From Syntrophorhabdaceae bacterium (GTDB lineage Bacteria > Desulfobacterota > Syntrophorhabdia > Syntrophorhabdales > Syntrophorhabdaceae), in assembly GCA_963666485.2 (NCBI GenBank), contig CAXXUO010000008.1, positions 1 through 64,000 of the forward strand: 64,000 nucleotides of DNA, written 5' to 3'. Below are positions 37,214 through 46,992 of this stretch, piece by piece. The stretch's first letter is position 1, and each line of letters begins with the position of its first letter. Under the pieces are notes generated by a model. It saw only the letters and a list, made by a program, of their open reading frames with translations, was not told the origin of the DNA and ran no database searches. The position numbers and the translations under genes are program-made.

Positions 37214-37570
37214 TTACCTCTTCCCTTCGCCGATCACGTACTTCATCATGGAGAAACGTTTTGACGCCATCTGGACGAGTGCCTGGTACATGAGCTGGTT
37301 CTCTGTCAGCCTGACGGTTTCCGTCTCCAGCTCGACCGTGTTCCCATCGAGTTTGACAAACCCTTCGGACTCGTTTTCCGTTACCTTGTAATCCCTGTTG
37401 TCCTGGGATACCGGGCCGGTCGACGTCGCGCGTTTGTCGAGTTCAGTCCTGAAATCAATGCTTTTCGCCTTGTATCCGGGGGTCTGGGAATTCGCGATGT
37501 TCCCCGAGACGAGCTTATGGTAAAAGGCGCGTACGGAAAGGGCTTTTCCTATAAGGTCAACAAGCTGCAT
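37214..37570 (-). CDS. flgB: Flagellar rod protein FlgB
   Basis: NIANSQTPGYKA, DGNTVELE, ENQLMY. Confidence 0.95.
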   Translation of the reverse strand: MQLVDLIGKALSVRAFYHKLVSGNIANSQTPGYKAKSIDFRTELDKRATSTGPVSQDNRDYKVTENESEGFVKLDGNTVELETETVRLTENQLMYQALVQMASKRFSMMKYVIGEGKR

Positions 37571-37571
37571 A

Positions 37572-38873
37572 TCAATACTCCCTTACCGGGACCTCGATCC
37601 CCATGGCCCGGTATTCGTTGATCTTGTTCCTCAAGGTCCTCACCGTTATGCCGAGGATGCCGGCGGCCTTCGAACGGTTGCCCCGCACTGACCGCAGGGC
37701 GTCGAGAATAAGCTTCGTTTCCATCTCGCGGACCGATCCGACGCCGTCCTGCGCCTGGGCGGGGCGCCCTTCGTCAAGGTGGCTCATCGTTATGACTGAA
37801 CCGCCCGACATTATGCAGGCCCGCGCTATCACGTTCTCCAGCTCGCGAACATTCCCCTTCCAGTGCCGGTTCGCAAGATGGGCCATAGCCTCGTCGCTGA
37901 CCCCGATGTCCATACCGCGCGAATGTTTTTTCAGAAGGTGGTCAACGAGCGGGGGGATATCGTCGCGTCGCTCGCGCAGGGCCGGGATCGTTATCGGGAA
38001 CACGCTCAGGCGATAGTACAGGTCTTCCCTGAAATTGCCGTCTGCAACGGTCTTCACGATGTCCCTGTTCGTGGTCGCTATGACGCGCACGTCGATCTTG
38101 CGCGCGCCGCGTGCGCCAAGCACCTCGAGTTCCTGTTCCTGGAGCACGCGAAGCAGCTTCGCCTGGAGCCTCAGGTCCATTTCCGTTATCTCGTCGAGAA
38201 GGATCGTGCCTTTGTCGGCGAGCTCAAACTTTCCCGGTTTGCGAGCGGCTGCGCCTGTAAAGGCCCCCTTTTCGTACCCGAAGAGCTCGCTCTCGAGGAG
38301 GTTCTCCGGCAGGGCAGCGCAATTGACCGCGACGAACGGCATGTGTGCGCGGCTGGAACTCTCGTGGATGAATTTCGATATCACCTCTTTGCCGACACCG
38401 CTCTCACCCAGCACCAGGACCGTCGCATCCGATGCGGCAACCCTCTCGGCCCTTACGAGGACCTCTTTCATTTCCCGGGATGCGAAAATGATCTTCCCGT
38501 TGTTGACGCCGAGGGCACGCCTGACCACGGTATAGAGGGTGTCCGTATTGAAGGGTTTCTGGATATAGTCGTACGCCCCTTCCTTCATGACCTTCACCGC
38601 GTCCTGAACGGTCCCGTATCCCGTCATGAGGATCACCGGCAGCAGGGGGGAGGTCTCCTTTATGGCCTTGAGCAGGTCGATGCCGCCGATGTGCGGCATC
38701 TTGACATCGGTGATGACGAGGTCGTAGGGCTTGCGGTCGATCTCGTTCATGGCCATCTTCCCGTCCTCGGCGAGCGCCACCTGGTAACCCGCCCGGACCA
38801 GGGACTCTTTCAGCGCGATCCGCATATGGTTGTCGTCGTCGACAACGAGAACATTGGTTTTCATAGGGCTCAC
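37572..38873 (-). CDS. sigma54-dependent response regulator (FleR/FlrC-like)
   Basis: REC domain, [23 protein letters not shown], Fis-type HTH; immediately upstream of flgB. Confidence 0.92.
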   Translation of the reverse strand: MSPMKTNVLVVDDDNHMRIALKESLVRAGYQVALAEDGKMAMNEIDRKPYDLVITDVKMPHIGGIDLLKAIKETSPLLPVILMTGYGTVQDAVKVMKEGAYDYIQKPFNTDTLYTVVRRALGVNNGKIIFASREMKEVLVRAERVAASDATVLVLGESGVGKEVISKFIHESSSRAHMPFVAVNCAALPENLLESELFGYEKGAFTGAAARKPGKFELADKGTILLDEITEMDLRLQAKLLRVLQEQELEVLGARGARKIDVRVIATTNRDIVKTVADGNFREDLYYRLSVFPITIPALRERRDDIPPLVDHLLKKHSRGMDIGVSDEAMAHLANRHWKGNVRELENVIARACIMSGGSVITMSHLDEGRPAQAQDGVGSVREMETKLILDALRSVRGNRSKAAGILGITVRTLRNKINEYRAMGIEVPVREY

Positions 38874-39961
38874 GGTGACTCCTTTGGAATATAGATAAGG
38901 AAGGAAGAACCGGATCCTTCTTCAGATTCGACTTCTATCGACCCGCCATGGGCCTTCACGATATTGTAGACAATGAAAAGTCCGAGGCCCATGCCCTTAT
39001 CTTTCGTTGTAAAAAAAGGATTGAAGATGCTCCGCTTGATCTCCTCGGTCATGCCCGGCCCGTTGTCGCTGACCACAATGACACCGTACTTTCCATTCTC
39101 GCGTACGTCAACCTTTATCCTTCCGTTCGGGCCGACGGCATCCATCGCGTTACTTATAAGGTTCATGACAACGAGCTTCATCATATCGGGATCAAAGAAA
39201 GCCCGGCCCGCAGATACCGGTGTAAATTGCAGGTCGATCTTCCTGGCCTCCGTCGAGATGCTCATGAACTCGAGGGTATCGCTGACAACAGTCTTGAGTT
39301 CGCCATCCCCCGACGCCAGCTCTTTCGGCCGCGTGTAGGAGAGGATGTTGTTGATTATCCTGTCTATCGTCTTGACGCCGAAGAGGACATATTCGACATA
39401 TTTGCGGTCTCGTGCCCGCATCTTGCCGGCCATGAGCATCGACAAAAAGAGTTCCATGCTCCCGAGCGGGTTCTTGATCTCATGTGATATCCTGGCAGCC
39501 ATTTCACCCATGGCGCGGAGCCTCTCATCACGCTCCATGTGTTCCTTCATTCTCTCGATCTCGGTGACATCCTCGATCGCCACGACGTAATTGCCCTCGA
39601 AACCGTTGCCCAGGGCCTCGGTCTTCCACCGGTAACGCCCCATCCCGCTTCGTATCTCGCCTGTTTTCCCGGCAGAGCTCGTTACATTGCCCATGATCCT
39701 TTCCGGGATCAATTCCTCCGCGTTCCTGTTGGCAAAGACAACCGACATCCCGTCAAGAACAACAACACCGACGGGAAGCGAATTGAGGATCGTGTAGAGA
39801 TACTCACTTGCCCTTTCGAGGGCCGCATTCTTCTGTTCGAGTTCTTTCTTCAGGTTCCGGATCTGCCCTTCCAGCATGCCGTAGTGGCTGATAATGGAAT
39901 CGGACGCCTTGGCGAATTCGGTAAAAGCATTTTCAAGGAGTTTGACTTCGGGTCTTGGCAT
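38870..39961 (-). CDS. Cytoplasmic sensor histidine kinase (FleS/FlrB-like)
   Basis: N-terminal coiled coil, PAS-like segment, HEIKNPL, NLISNA, DNGPG, FFTTK, GLGL; no TM helix. Confidence 0.92.
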   Translation of the reverse strand: MPRPEVKLLENAFTEFAKASDSIISHYGMLEGQIRNLKKELEQKNAALERASEYLYTILNSLPVGVVVLDGMSVVFANRNAEELIPERIMGNVTSSAGKTGEIRSGMGRYRWKTEALGNGFEGNYVVAIEDVTEIERMKEHMERDERLRAMGEMAARISHEIKNPLGSMELFLSMLMAGKMRARDRKYVEYVLFGVKTIDRIINNILSYTRPKELASGDGELKTVVSDTLEFMSISTEARKIDLQFTPVSAGRAFFDPDMMKLVVMNLISNAMDAVGPNGRIKVDVRENGKYGVIVVSDNGPGMTEEIKRSIFNPFFTTKDKGMGLGLFIVYNIVKAHGGSIEVESEEGSGSSFLIYIPKESP

Positions 39962-39973
39962 GCCGGGATAAGT

Positions 39974-39989
39974 TGCAAGAAAAGTGCCA
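39974..39989 (-). promoter_or_regulatory. sigma54 -24/-12 promoter for the fleS-fleR-flgB operon
   Basis: Minus strand TGGCAC-TTTTC-TTGCA, a consensus match. Confidence 0.88.
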
Positions 39990-39993
39990 TGAA

Positions 39994-40371
39994 AAGGCGT
40001 AAGGCGTAAGGCGTAAGGCGTAAGGCGTTACAGAACTTCGTAAAAACAATTAGTTATATAAATAATTCTCAAATGGAGCTTACGCGAAATCCCCCCGTCG
40101 TCATCCCGGCGCTTGTCGCCGGGATCCAGCGTCTTTGCTTTTTGTTTCCTTCAAGGGTGAGACCATATCCGCCAGACAAATCCGCCACTTCTATCTCGAA
40201 ATTACGGGCAGATTTAGCCAGTTACAGAATAAAGACGCTGGATTCCGGCAAGCCGGAATGACGGTATTTTCTCTGTCAGGTGTGTTTGGAAATATCCAGT
40301 CCGAGCAGCGTGTTCTTTAGAATTTTTGACAGGTCGAGAAACGCCTTACGCCTTACGCCTTACGCCTTACG
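39994..40371. repeat. Heptamer-bounded intergenic cassette D with a palindrome doublet
   Basis: (AAGGCGT)x5 at 39994-40028 and (ACGCCTT)x4 at 40341-40368 are exact reverse-complement units. Inner doublet 40100-40262 is GTCATCCCGGCGCTTGTCGCCGGGATCCAGCGTCTTT ... AAAGACGCTGGATTCCGGCAAGCCGGAATGAC. Confidence 0.9.
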
Positions 40372-40380
40372 GTCTTTGTG

Positions 40381-41844
40381 TCAGGAATTTGACGATCCGT
40401 CCAGGCCGAGGCGCTTCATTTTTTCTATGAGGGTTGTGCGGTTGATGTTGAGGGCCTGGGCAGCCTTGCTTTTTACACCCTGCGTTTCGCTTAAGGCCTT
40501 CATGATGAGGGTTTTTTCGAACTCGGAGACGAGCGTGTCATATCCTCTATCGATATCGATGTCAGTTCCCGGCACTGCCGCCTCTTCCTTCTCACGGCCG
40601 TAGAATTTTTCGGGCAGGTCTTCGATGTCGATAGGGCCGCTTCTTTTCAGGACGACCATCCGCTCGACGATATTCTGGAGTTCCCGGACATTCCCGGGGA
40701 AGTCATAGCTAATGAGGGCCTTCATCGCCTCTTCGGAGAAACCCTCTATGGCGGCGTTATTGATCCTGTTCGATTGCTCGAGGAAGAAATTGACAAGGAT
40801 GGGGATGTCCTGGCGCCTCTCCCGTAAGGGCGGGATGTCTATGGGAACGACATTGAGCCGGTAGTAGAGGTCTTCCCGGAATTTCCCCTCTTCAACCAGG
40901 TCCTCGAGTTTGCGGTTTGTCGCCGCGATGATCCGGACATCTACCTTTATCGTCTTCGCCCCGCCGATACGCTCGAATGACTTTTCCTGAAGGACCCTCA
41001 ACAGCTTGACCTGCAGGTTGAAGCTCATATCGCCGATCTCGTCGAGGAAAATAGATCCGCCGGCCGCAAGTTCGAACCTTCCGATCCGTGATGCCACGGC
41101 CCCGGTGAATGCGCCTTTCTCGTAGCCGAAGAGCTCGCTTTCAAGAAGGGTCTCGGGAATGGCCCCGCAATTGACGACGACCAGAGGATTGTCACGCTTC
41201 GACGAATTATAATGGATGGCCCGGGCGACAAGTTCCTTGCCCACACCGCTTTCACCGGTAATGAGCACGGTAGCGTTGGTGTCCGAGACCCGCTCGATCA
41301 TCTCGAACACCTTCTGCATCGGGAAGCTGACGCCGATGATGTTCTCGAACTTGTATTTGTCCTTCAATGCCGATCTCAGGATGGTGTTCTCGCGTACCAT
41401 CTTGTTCTCGGAATAACGCCTGAGGAGGTTCGCCTTGAGCGTGAGCCCTTTCGGGATATTGTCGCTTTTCAGCAGGTTGTAATAATAGATAGCCGAGTCG
41501 ATGGTGGTGAGCACTTCCTCGAATTTAAAGGGTTTCAGGACATAATCGAATGCCCCGCAGCGCATGGCGGTTATCGCGCTTTCCATGCTGCCGTACCCGG
41601 TCATGACGATGCCGAGGGTATCGATATATTCCTTCTGGATGAAATTGATGAGCTGCAGCCCGTCGACCTTCGGCATCATGAGATCGGTGATGAGCACGTG
41701 ATACCCGTTGTTCTTCAGCGCGGAAAGGGCCTTGCGGCTGTCGCTGAACGGGTCGACCTCGTAGCCGTTTGAGGTCAGGAACTCTGTAAGCATGTTGAGG
41801 ATGTTCTCTTCATCCTCAACAATTATTATCCTGCCTTTTTCCAT
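40381..41844 (-). CDS. sigma54-dependent REC-AAA-HTH activator, candidate flagellar master regulator (FleQ/FgrM-like)
   Basis: REC (LITDLMMP), [40 protein letters not shown]; heads the flagellar cluster. Confidence 0.88.
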   Translation of the reverse strand: MEKGRIIIVEDEENILNMLTEFLTSNGYEVDPFSDSRKALSALKNNGYHVLITDLMMPKVDGLQLINFIQKEYIDTLGIVMTGYGSMESAITAMRCGAFDYVLKPFKFEEVLTTIDSAIYYYNLLKSDNIPKGLTLKANLLRRYSENKMVRENTILRSALKDKYKFENIIGVSFPMQKVFEMIERVSDTNATVLITGESGVGKELVARAIHYNSSKRDNPLVVVNCGAIPETLLESELFGYEKGAFTGAVASRIGRFELAAGGSIFLDEIGDMSFNLQVKLLRVLQEKSFERIGGAKTIKVDVRIIAATNRKLEDLVEEGKFREDLYYRLNVVPIDIPPLRERRQDIPILVNFFLEQSNRINNAAIEGFSEEAMKALISYDFPGNVRELQNIVERMVVLKRSGPIDIEDLPEKFYGREKEEAAVPGTDIDIDRGYDTLVSEFEKTLIMKALSETQGVKSKAAQALNINRTTLIEKMKRLGLDGSSNS

Positions 41845-41848
41845 ATAC

Positions 41849-42082
41849 CTACTTCGTGGTTCGCTTGTCCAGGATTATTGACTGGTTCTGGAGCATGTTC
41901 CATGCCCTGTCCCGGTCACGGTCCTCTTCGGCCCGTCTTTGATCGCGGCTCTCTTCGGAGCCGACCGACCAGGTGGTACCGTCCTTGTCCTTGGTTATCT
42001 TAAGGTCGTCGGCACCCAGACACGCCGAAACGATGATAAGCGAAACTAGTAAGAAAGTAGATAAACAAATAAGTCTCTTCAT
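41849..42082 (-). CDS. Small exported hypothetical protein
   Basis: 77 aa with a signal-peptide-like N-terminus (MKRLICLSTFLLVSLIIVSACLG); ends 4 nt before the activator ATG. Confidence 0.65.
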   Translation of the reverse strand: MKRLICLSTFLLVSLIIVSACLGADDLKITKDKDGTTWSVGSEESRDQRRAEEDRDRDRAWNMLQNQSIILDKRTTK

Positions 42083-42202
42083 GCTGGCATCCCCTTTTTG
42101 TCATAGTCTCGAAGAGCTACTACATATATATAGCCAATTTCGGGTGATAAAGTAAGTAAAAAATTCCGGGGGAATCCACGCAGATATACGGGAAAGAACG
42201 GG

Positions 42203-42231
42203 TTGCTTTTTTCGGTAAAACTTTCTATAGT
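42203..42231 (+). promoter_or_regulatory. sigma70 promoter for ferredoxin-pyrRBC
   Basis: TTGCTT-N17-TATAGT. Confidence 0.6.
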
Positions 42232-42242
42232 AGTAAAAGGAA

Positions 42243-42422
42243 GTGCGCCCCTATATCTCACGATCAGTATGCACGCAATGCGGGGAATGCATAGCGATAT
42301 GCCCCTACGAGGTGTTTGCGGAAGATCGAGGCATCGTGATCGTCGCCGTCCCTGAGGACTGCATTGAATGCGGGGCTTGCATCGAGCAGTGTAAAGCGAC
42401 CGCCATTTATTTTGACGATTAA
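42243..42422 (+). CDS. 2[4Fe-4S] ferredoxin (59 aa, absent from the ORF track)
   Basis: GTG start; translates as MRPYISRSVCTQCGECIAICPYEVFAEDRGIVIVAVPEDCIECGACIEQCKATAIYFDD, with two CxxCxxCxxxC motifs. Its TAA directly abuts the pyrR ATG. Confidence 0.9.
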   Translation: MRPYISRSVCTQCGECIAICPYEVFAEDRGIVIVAVPEDCIECGACIEQCKATAIYFDD

Positions 42423-42953
42423 ATGAAAAAAAAGGTCATTCTCGACAAGAAAGCTGTAGACCGCACGATAACGCGGATCACCCATGAAATACTCGAGAAG
42501 AACGGGGGCTCGGCCGCTTTGAGCCTTATCGGGATCAGGACGCGCGGCGTCTACGTTGCGAACCGGATCCAGGAGAAGATAAAAAGTGTCGAAGGGGTGA
42601 AATTGCCCTTAGGCGTTCTCGATATAACGCTTTACCGCGACGATATCGCGAAGCTTAAATCACCCGAGGTCAAAAAGACCGAGATTCCCTTCGATGTCAA
42701 TAATATGACCGTTGTCCTCGTCGACGATGTCCTCCACACGGGGCGCACCATAAGAGCTGCGATCGACGCGATCATGGACCTCGGGCGGCCGAAGAAGATA
42801 CAGCTCGCGGTGCTGGTTGATCGCGGCGAGCGTGAATTGCCGATACACCCGGACTATGCGGGCATCGTCTGCCCGGTCAGCGAGAACCATGAAGTTCTCG
42901 TCAGAATGAGCGAAATAGACGGCAAAGAAGAAGTGGTGATCGAAAAGACCTGA
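42423..42953 (+). CDS. pyrR: PyrR (pyrimidine regulator / uracil phosphoribosyltransferase)
   Basis: [49 protein letters not shown]. Confidence 0.95.
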   Translation: MKKKVILDKKAVDRTITRITHEILEKNGGSAALSLIGIRTRGVYVANRIQEKIKSVEGVKLPLGVLDITLYRDDIAKLKSPEVKKTEIPFDVNNMTVVLVDDVLHTGRTIRAAIDAIMDLGRPKKIQLAVLVDRGERELPIHPDYAGIVCPVSENHEVLVRMSEIDGKEEVVIEKT

Positions 42954-43876
42954 TGAGCTGGAAAAGAAAAGATCTCCTCGATATCCGTGACCTCTCGAAA
43001 GAGGAGATACTTTTTATTCTCGATTCAGCGGAATCATTTAAGGACATTTCGAAAAGAGAGATCAAGAAGGTCCCTACCTTACGGGGCAAGACGGTCATAA
43101 CCCTGTTCTACGAACCGAGCACCCGCACCCGCACGTCATTCGAGATCGCGGCGAAACGGTTAAGCGCCGATACCATTAATATATCCTCAAGCACAAGCAG
43201 TTCGACGAAGGGCGAGACTCTCAAGGACACGGCGAGGAACCTCGAATCCATGAGGCCCGATGCGATCGTGATCCGTCACAGCATGCCCGGAGCGCCGCAC
43301 ATGCTGGCCGCCATCCTGGATTCGTCGATCATCAACGGCGGCGACGGATCACACGAACATCCCACCCAAGCCCTCCTTGACCTTTTCACAATACGCGAGA
43401 AGAAAGGAAGGATAGAGGGGCTCAAGATCGCCATAGTCGGGGATATAGCACACAGCAGGGTCGCCCGTTCCAATATATTTTCCCTCAAAAACTTCGGCAA
43501 CGAGATCATCTGCTGCGGGCCCCCGACCATGATGCCACCCTACATCGAAACGCTCGGTGTGCGGGTCGAGTACGACCTGAAAAAGGCGGTCAGGAAGGCG
43601 GACGTCATTATGATGCTCAGGATACAGAAAGAGCGCGGGGGCACAAAATACATTCCCTCGACGAAGGAATATTCGGCATTGTACGGCCTGACAGGAAAAT
43701 ACGTGGACATGGCCGCAGACGACGTCATCGTGATGCACCCTGGCCCCATGAACAGGGGTATCGAGATAATGGACGATGTCGCCGACGGGCCTTCATCCGT
43801 CATTCTGGACCAGGTCGAGAACGGCGTCGCCGTCAGGATGGCCATCCTTTACCTCCTGATAGGGGGTGAAGCGTGA
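42953..43876 (+). CDS. pyrB: Aspartate carbamoyltransferase catalytic subunit
   Basis: [50 protein letters not shown]. Confidence 0.97.
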   Translation: MSWKRKDLLDIRDLSKEEILFILDSAESFKDISKREIKKVPTLRGKTVITLFYEPSTRTRTSFEIAAKRLSADTINISSSTSSSTKGETLKDTARNLESMRPDAIVIRHSMPGAPHMLAAILDSSIINGGDGSHEHPTQALLDLFTIREKKGRIEGLKIAIVGDIAHSRVARSNIFSLKNFGNEIICCGPPTMMPPYIETLGVRVEYDLKKAVRKADVIMMLRIQKERGGTKYIPSTKEYSALYGLTGKYVDMAADDVIVMHPGPMNRGIEIMDDVADGPSSVILDQVENGVAVRMAILYLLIGGEA

Positions 43877-45153
43877 AGACGTTGATACGGGGCGGACGCG
43901 TTATAGACCCTAAAACAAACCGGGACGGCGTCTTTGATATCCTGGTCGAGAATGCAATCATCCGTGAGATCTCGGATAATATTAAAAGAACGGACAGCAA
44001 GGTTCCGGTCATCGACGCGTCGGGGCTTACCGTCGCCCCCGGCCTCATCGATGTGCACTGCCATCTGCGCGAACCCGGTTTCGAATACAAGGAAACGATC
44101 CAAACGGGGACCGGCGCCGCAGCCCGGGGCGGGTTCACGACCATCGTCTGCATGGCCAATACAAACCCCGTAAATGACAGCCGCAGCGTAACGGAATTCA
44201 TAATCGACAAGGCGCGGGCAGAGGGCACATGCAAGGTCCTGCCCTGCGGGGCCATAACCCGGGGCCTCAAAGGGGAAGAGCTTGCGGAGATCGGGGAGAT
44301 GTTCGCCGCCGGGATTACCGCGATATCTGATGACGGCAGGTCCGTGCGCAACGCGGGGCTTTTCCGCAAGGCCCTCGAATATGCAAAGATCTTCGGGCTG
44401 CCGGTCATCTCCCATTGCGAGGATGAAACCCTGTCCGGAGGGTGTGTGCATGAAGGGACAGCATCCCTCTTGAACGGCCTCGAGGGGATACCGGCTATAG
44501 CTGAAGAGATAATGGTGGAGCGCGATATCACGATCGCCAGGTACGTCGACGCCCCGGTCCACATCACCCATATATCGACACGCGGCAGCGTCGGGATCAT
44601 CGAATCCGGGCGCAAAATGTTCCGCAAGGTCACGTGCGACACCTGCCCCCACTATTTTTCCCTGACAGACGAGGCGACCCTGACCTTTGACACGAACACC
44701 AAGGTCAACCCCCCGCTGAGGTCACGCAAGGACGTGGAAGCCATCCGGGAGGGCCTTCGCAAGGGCGTCATCGATATTATCGCAACAGACCACGCCCCGC
44801 ACGAATTCACGTCGAAGGATGTCGAATACGACCTCGCCACGTTCGGCATTTCGGGGTTCGAGACCGCCTTCGCGCTGTCGCTCAGCCTTGTTCGCGAAGG
44901 AGTGCTCGACATGACCGGACTGCTTGCAAAGATGACCGTCAACCCGGCAAAACTCCTCGGGATCAAGGCCGGGACACTATCCGAAGGTGCGCCCGCCGAT
45001 ATTATCATCTTCGACCCTGACAGGGAATGGACCGTAGACCGGAATTCTTTCGCATCCAAGGGAAAGAATACCCCTTTTCACGGGACCACGCTGAAGGGAA
45101 AGAACCTGTTCACCATGGTCGATGGCAAGATAGTTTTCAATGAATTAATGTAA
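43873..45153 (+). CDS. pyrC: Dihydroorotase
   Basis: [35 protein letters not shown]. Confidence 0.96.
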   Translation: MKTLIRGGRVIDPKTNRDGVFDILVENAIIREISDNIKRTDSKVPVIDASGLTVAPGLIDVHCHLREPGFEYKETIQTGTGAAARGGFTTIVCMANTNPVNDSRSVTEFIIDKARAEGTCKVLPCGAITRGLKGEELAEIGEMFAAGITAISDDGRSVRNAGLFRKALEYAKIFGLPVISHCEDETLSGGCVHEGTASLLNGLEGIPAIAEEIMVERDITIARYVDAPVHITHISTRGSVGIIESGRKMFRKVTCDTCPHYFSLTDEATLTFDTNTKVNPPLRSRKDVEAIREGLRKGVIDIIATDHAPHEFTSKDVEYDLATFGISGFETAFALSLSLVREGVLDMTGLLAKMTVNPAKLLGIKAGTLSEGAPADIIIFDPDREWTVDRNSFASKGKNTPFHGTTLKGKNLFTMVDGKIVFNELM

Positions 45154-45179
45154 AACTTCGTATTATTTTCCTCCCAGTT

Positions 45180-45206
45180 TAATATTTTTCAACGAGAAAC
45201 CGATAA
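45180..45206 (+). promoter_or_regulatory. sigma28-type promoter for motAB
   Basis: TAAT-N15-ACCGATAA. Confidence 0.7.
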
Positions 45207-45286
45207 CTGTACTAACGGGTGTAGCATCATGACGGACCTGTGGTGATGGTCTATCGAGAGAGGTTTGAAGTGACCTGGAATAAACA

Positions 45287-46141
45287 ATGTTTGTCCTTAT
45301 AGGCGCGATCATAGTCATCGTTGCGGTCTTCGGAGGATTCGTCCTGGAAGGTGGTCCGATGAAGGTCATCGTCCAGCCCGTCGAATTCCTCATTATCGGC
45401 GGCGCGGCTCTCGGCGCCATGATCATTTCGGCCCCCAAAAAACTTCTCATGAAAATTGTGGCAAAAATACTGGGATCGCTCAAAGGGGGAAGTGTAAACC
45501 GCCAGCTCTACCTGGACCTTTTGAAGCTCATGTACGAAATATTCCAGGTAACCAGGAAGGATGGCCTTATCGCCCTCGAATCACATATTGAACACCCCGA
45601 CAAGAGCAAGATATTTACGAAGTACCCCAACATCACCAAACACCACCACATTATTTCGTTCATGACAGACACGTTCCGGCTAATAGTCCTGGGAGGGATA
45701 GCACCCCACGACATCGAGAGCCTCATGGACCTCGACATCGAGACCCATCACCAGGAAGGCATCCAGCCCGGGATGATCCTGCAGAAGATAGGCGACTCGA
45801 TGCCCGGCCTCGGGATCGTCGCCGCCGTCCTCGGCATCGTCATCACCATGCAGGCCATCAACGGCCCGCCGGAAGAGATCGGCCACAAGGTAGCCGTGGC
45901 GCTCGTCGGCACCTTCCTCGGCATCTTCCTGTCATACGGGTTCATCCAGCCGCTCGCGACCAACCTCGATCTTGCAGCCGAGGAAGAATCGAAGGTGTAC
46001 GAGGCCATCAAATCGGGTGTCATATCCCTCGCCAAGGGATTCAACCCGATCGTATCCGTCGAATTCGCGCGGAGGTCGATCCCGAATGATTACCGGCCCA
46101 CCTTTCAGGAGATGGAGACCTTCGTCAAGGGGGCCAAGTAA
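45287..46141 (+). CDS. motA: Flagellar stator protein MotA
   Basis: EFLIIGGAALG, RKDGLIALE, PGLGIVAAVLG, ALVGTFLGIFLSYG, VEFARR. Confidence 0.96.
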   Translation: MFVLIGAIIVIVAVFGGFVLEGGPMKVIVQPVEFLIIGGAALGAMIISAPKKLLMKIVAKILGSLKGGSVNRQLYLDLLKLMYEIFQVTRKDGLIALESHIEHPDKSKIFTKYPNITKHHHIISFMTDTFRLIVLGGIAPHDIESLMDLDIETHHQEGIQPGMILQKIGDSMPGLGIVAAVLGIVITMQAINGPPEEIGHKVAVALVGTFLGIFLSYGFIQPLATNLDLAAEEESKVYEAIKSGVISLAKGFNPIVSVEFARRSIPNDYRPTFQEMETFVKGAK

Positions 46142-46143
46142 CG

Positions 46144-46992
46144 ATGGATGACCACCAGACCCCGATACGGGTCGTCGTCAAAAAGAAAAAAGGCCATGGC
46201 GGCCATCACGGCGGCGCCTGGAAAGTAGCGTACGCCGATTTCGTCACCGCCATGATGGCGCTCTTCATAGTCCTGTGGATAGTCGGCCAGAGCTCCTCTG
46301 TGAAACAGGCGATCTCCGCATATTTCAAGGACCCCGGCGTTTTCGAAAGCGGCCGGGGCGGGAACATACTTCACGGTTCGCATGGCTCCGCCCCTGTCCC
46401 GACATCGAATATTTCTGCCGAGATCGAAAAACTGAAAGCTGAGGCAAAAAAACTGGAAGAGGCCATCAAATCAAATTCCGATCTCGCAAAATTCAAGGAT
46501 AAGATAGAGATAACCGTAAGCAAAGAAGGTTTGCGGATCGAGTTGCTCGAGAATGCGGCGGGCCTCTTTTTCGATGTCGGCAGTTCGAAACCGAAACCCG
46601 ATACGGTCAAGCTGTTGCAGCTCGTCGGCAAAGAGGTCGGACAGCTCGACAACAAGGTCATGATCGAGGGGTATACCGATGCGCGGCCGTACGTCAGTCC
46701 CGATTATACGAACTGGGAATTGAGTTCCGACCGTGCAAACATGGCCCGCCGGATCCTCGAGCAGAACGGCATGAGAAAAGACCAGGTATTGCAGGTCAGG
46801 GGGTTTGCCGACCGCAACCTGAAACACCCCGATAAACCCCTCGATGTCGGCAACCGGCGCGTAAGCATACTGGTTGCGACGGACATTAAAGAAAATGTTT
46901 CTGTTGCGCCCGAAACGCCTGCTGCCGCGCCGCAAAAAGAATCCATCAAGCCAGAGGCCCCCCAGGTTACTCCCCCTGAGGCGAAGCCATAA
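46144..46992 (+). CDS. motB: Flagellar stator protein MotB
   Basis: HHGGAWKVAYADFVTAMMALF; OmpA-like domain EGYTD, NWELSSDRA, NRRV. Confidence 0.96.
   Translation: MDDHQTPIRVVVKKKKGHGGHHGGAWKVAYADFVTAMMALFIVLWIVGQSSSVKQAISAYFKDPGVFESGRGGNILHGSHGSAPVPTSNISAEIEKLKAEAKKLEEAIKSNSDLAKFKDKIEITVSKEGLRIELLENAAGLFFDVGSSKPKPDTVKLLQLVGKEVGQLDNKVMIEGYTDARPYVSPDYTNWELSSDRANMARRILEQNGMRKDQVLQVRGFADRNLKHPDKPLDVGNRRVSILVATDIKENVSVAPETPAAAPQKESIKPEAPQVTPPEAKP

Noticed and set aside
40073..40320. Small ORFs across repeat cassettes (also 7662-7853, 27014-27229, 48142-48471, 61481-61735)
   Set aside because: They are translations of repeats and palindromes with no clear RBS or protein signature.
39994..40371. 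Tandem arrays or palindromes as a CRISPR array
   Set aside because: Units are 7-8 nt with no regular repeat-spacer period, the palindromes are dispersed inverted pairs, and no cas genes are present.
42240..42422. PyrR attenuator leader
   Set aside because: No terminator/antiterminator or PyrR-binding loop is recognisable; the region encodes a ferredoxin.
45207..45286. c-di-GMP riboswitch in the motA leader or the fliL-flgE spacer
   Set aside because: No GEMM-type two-hairpin signature could be recognised by eye; an Rfam scan would settle it.
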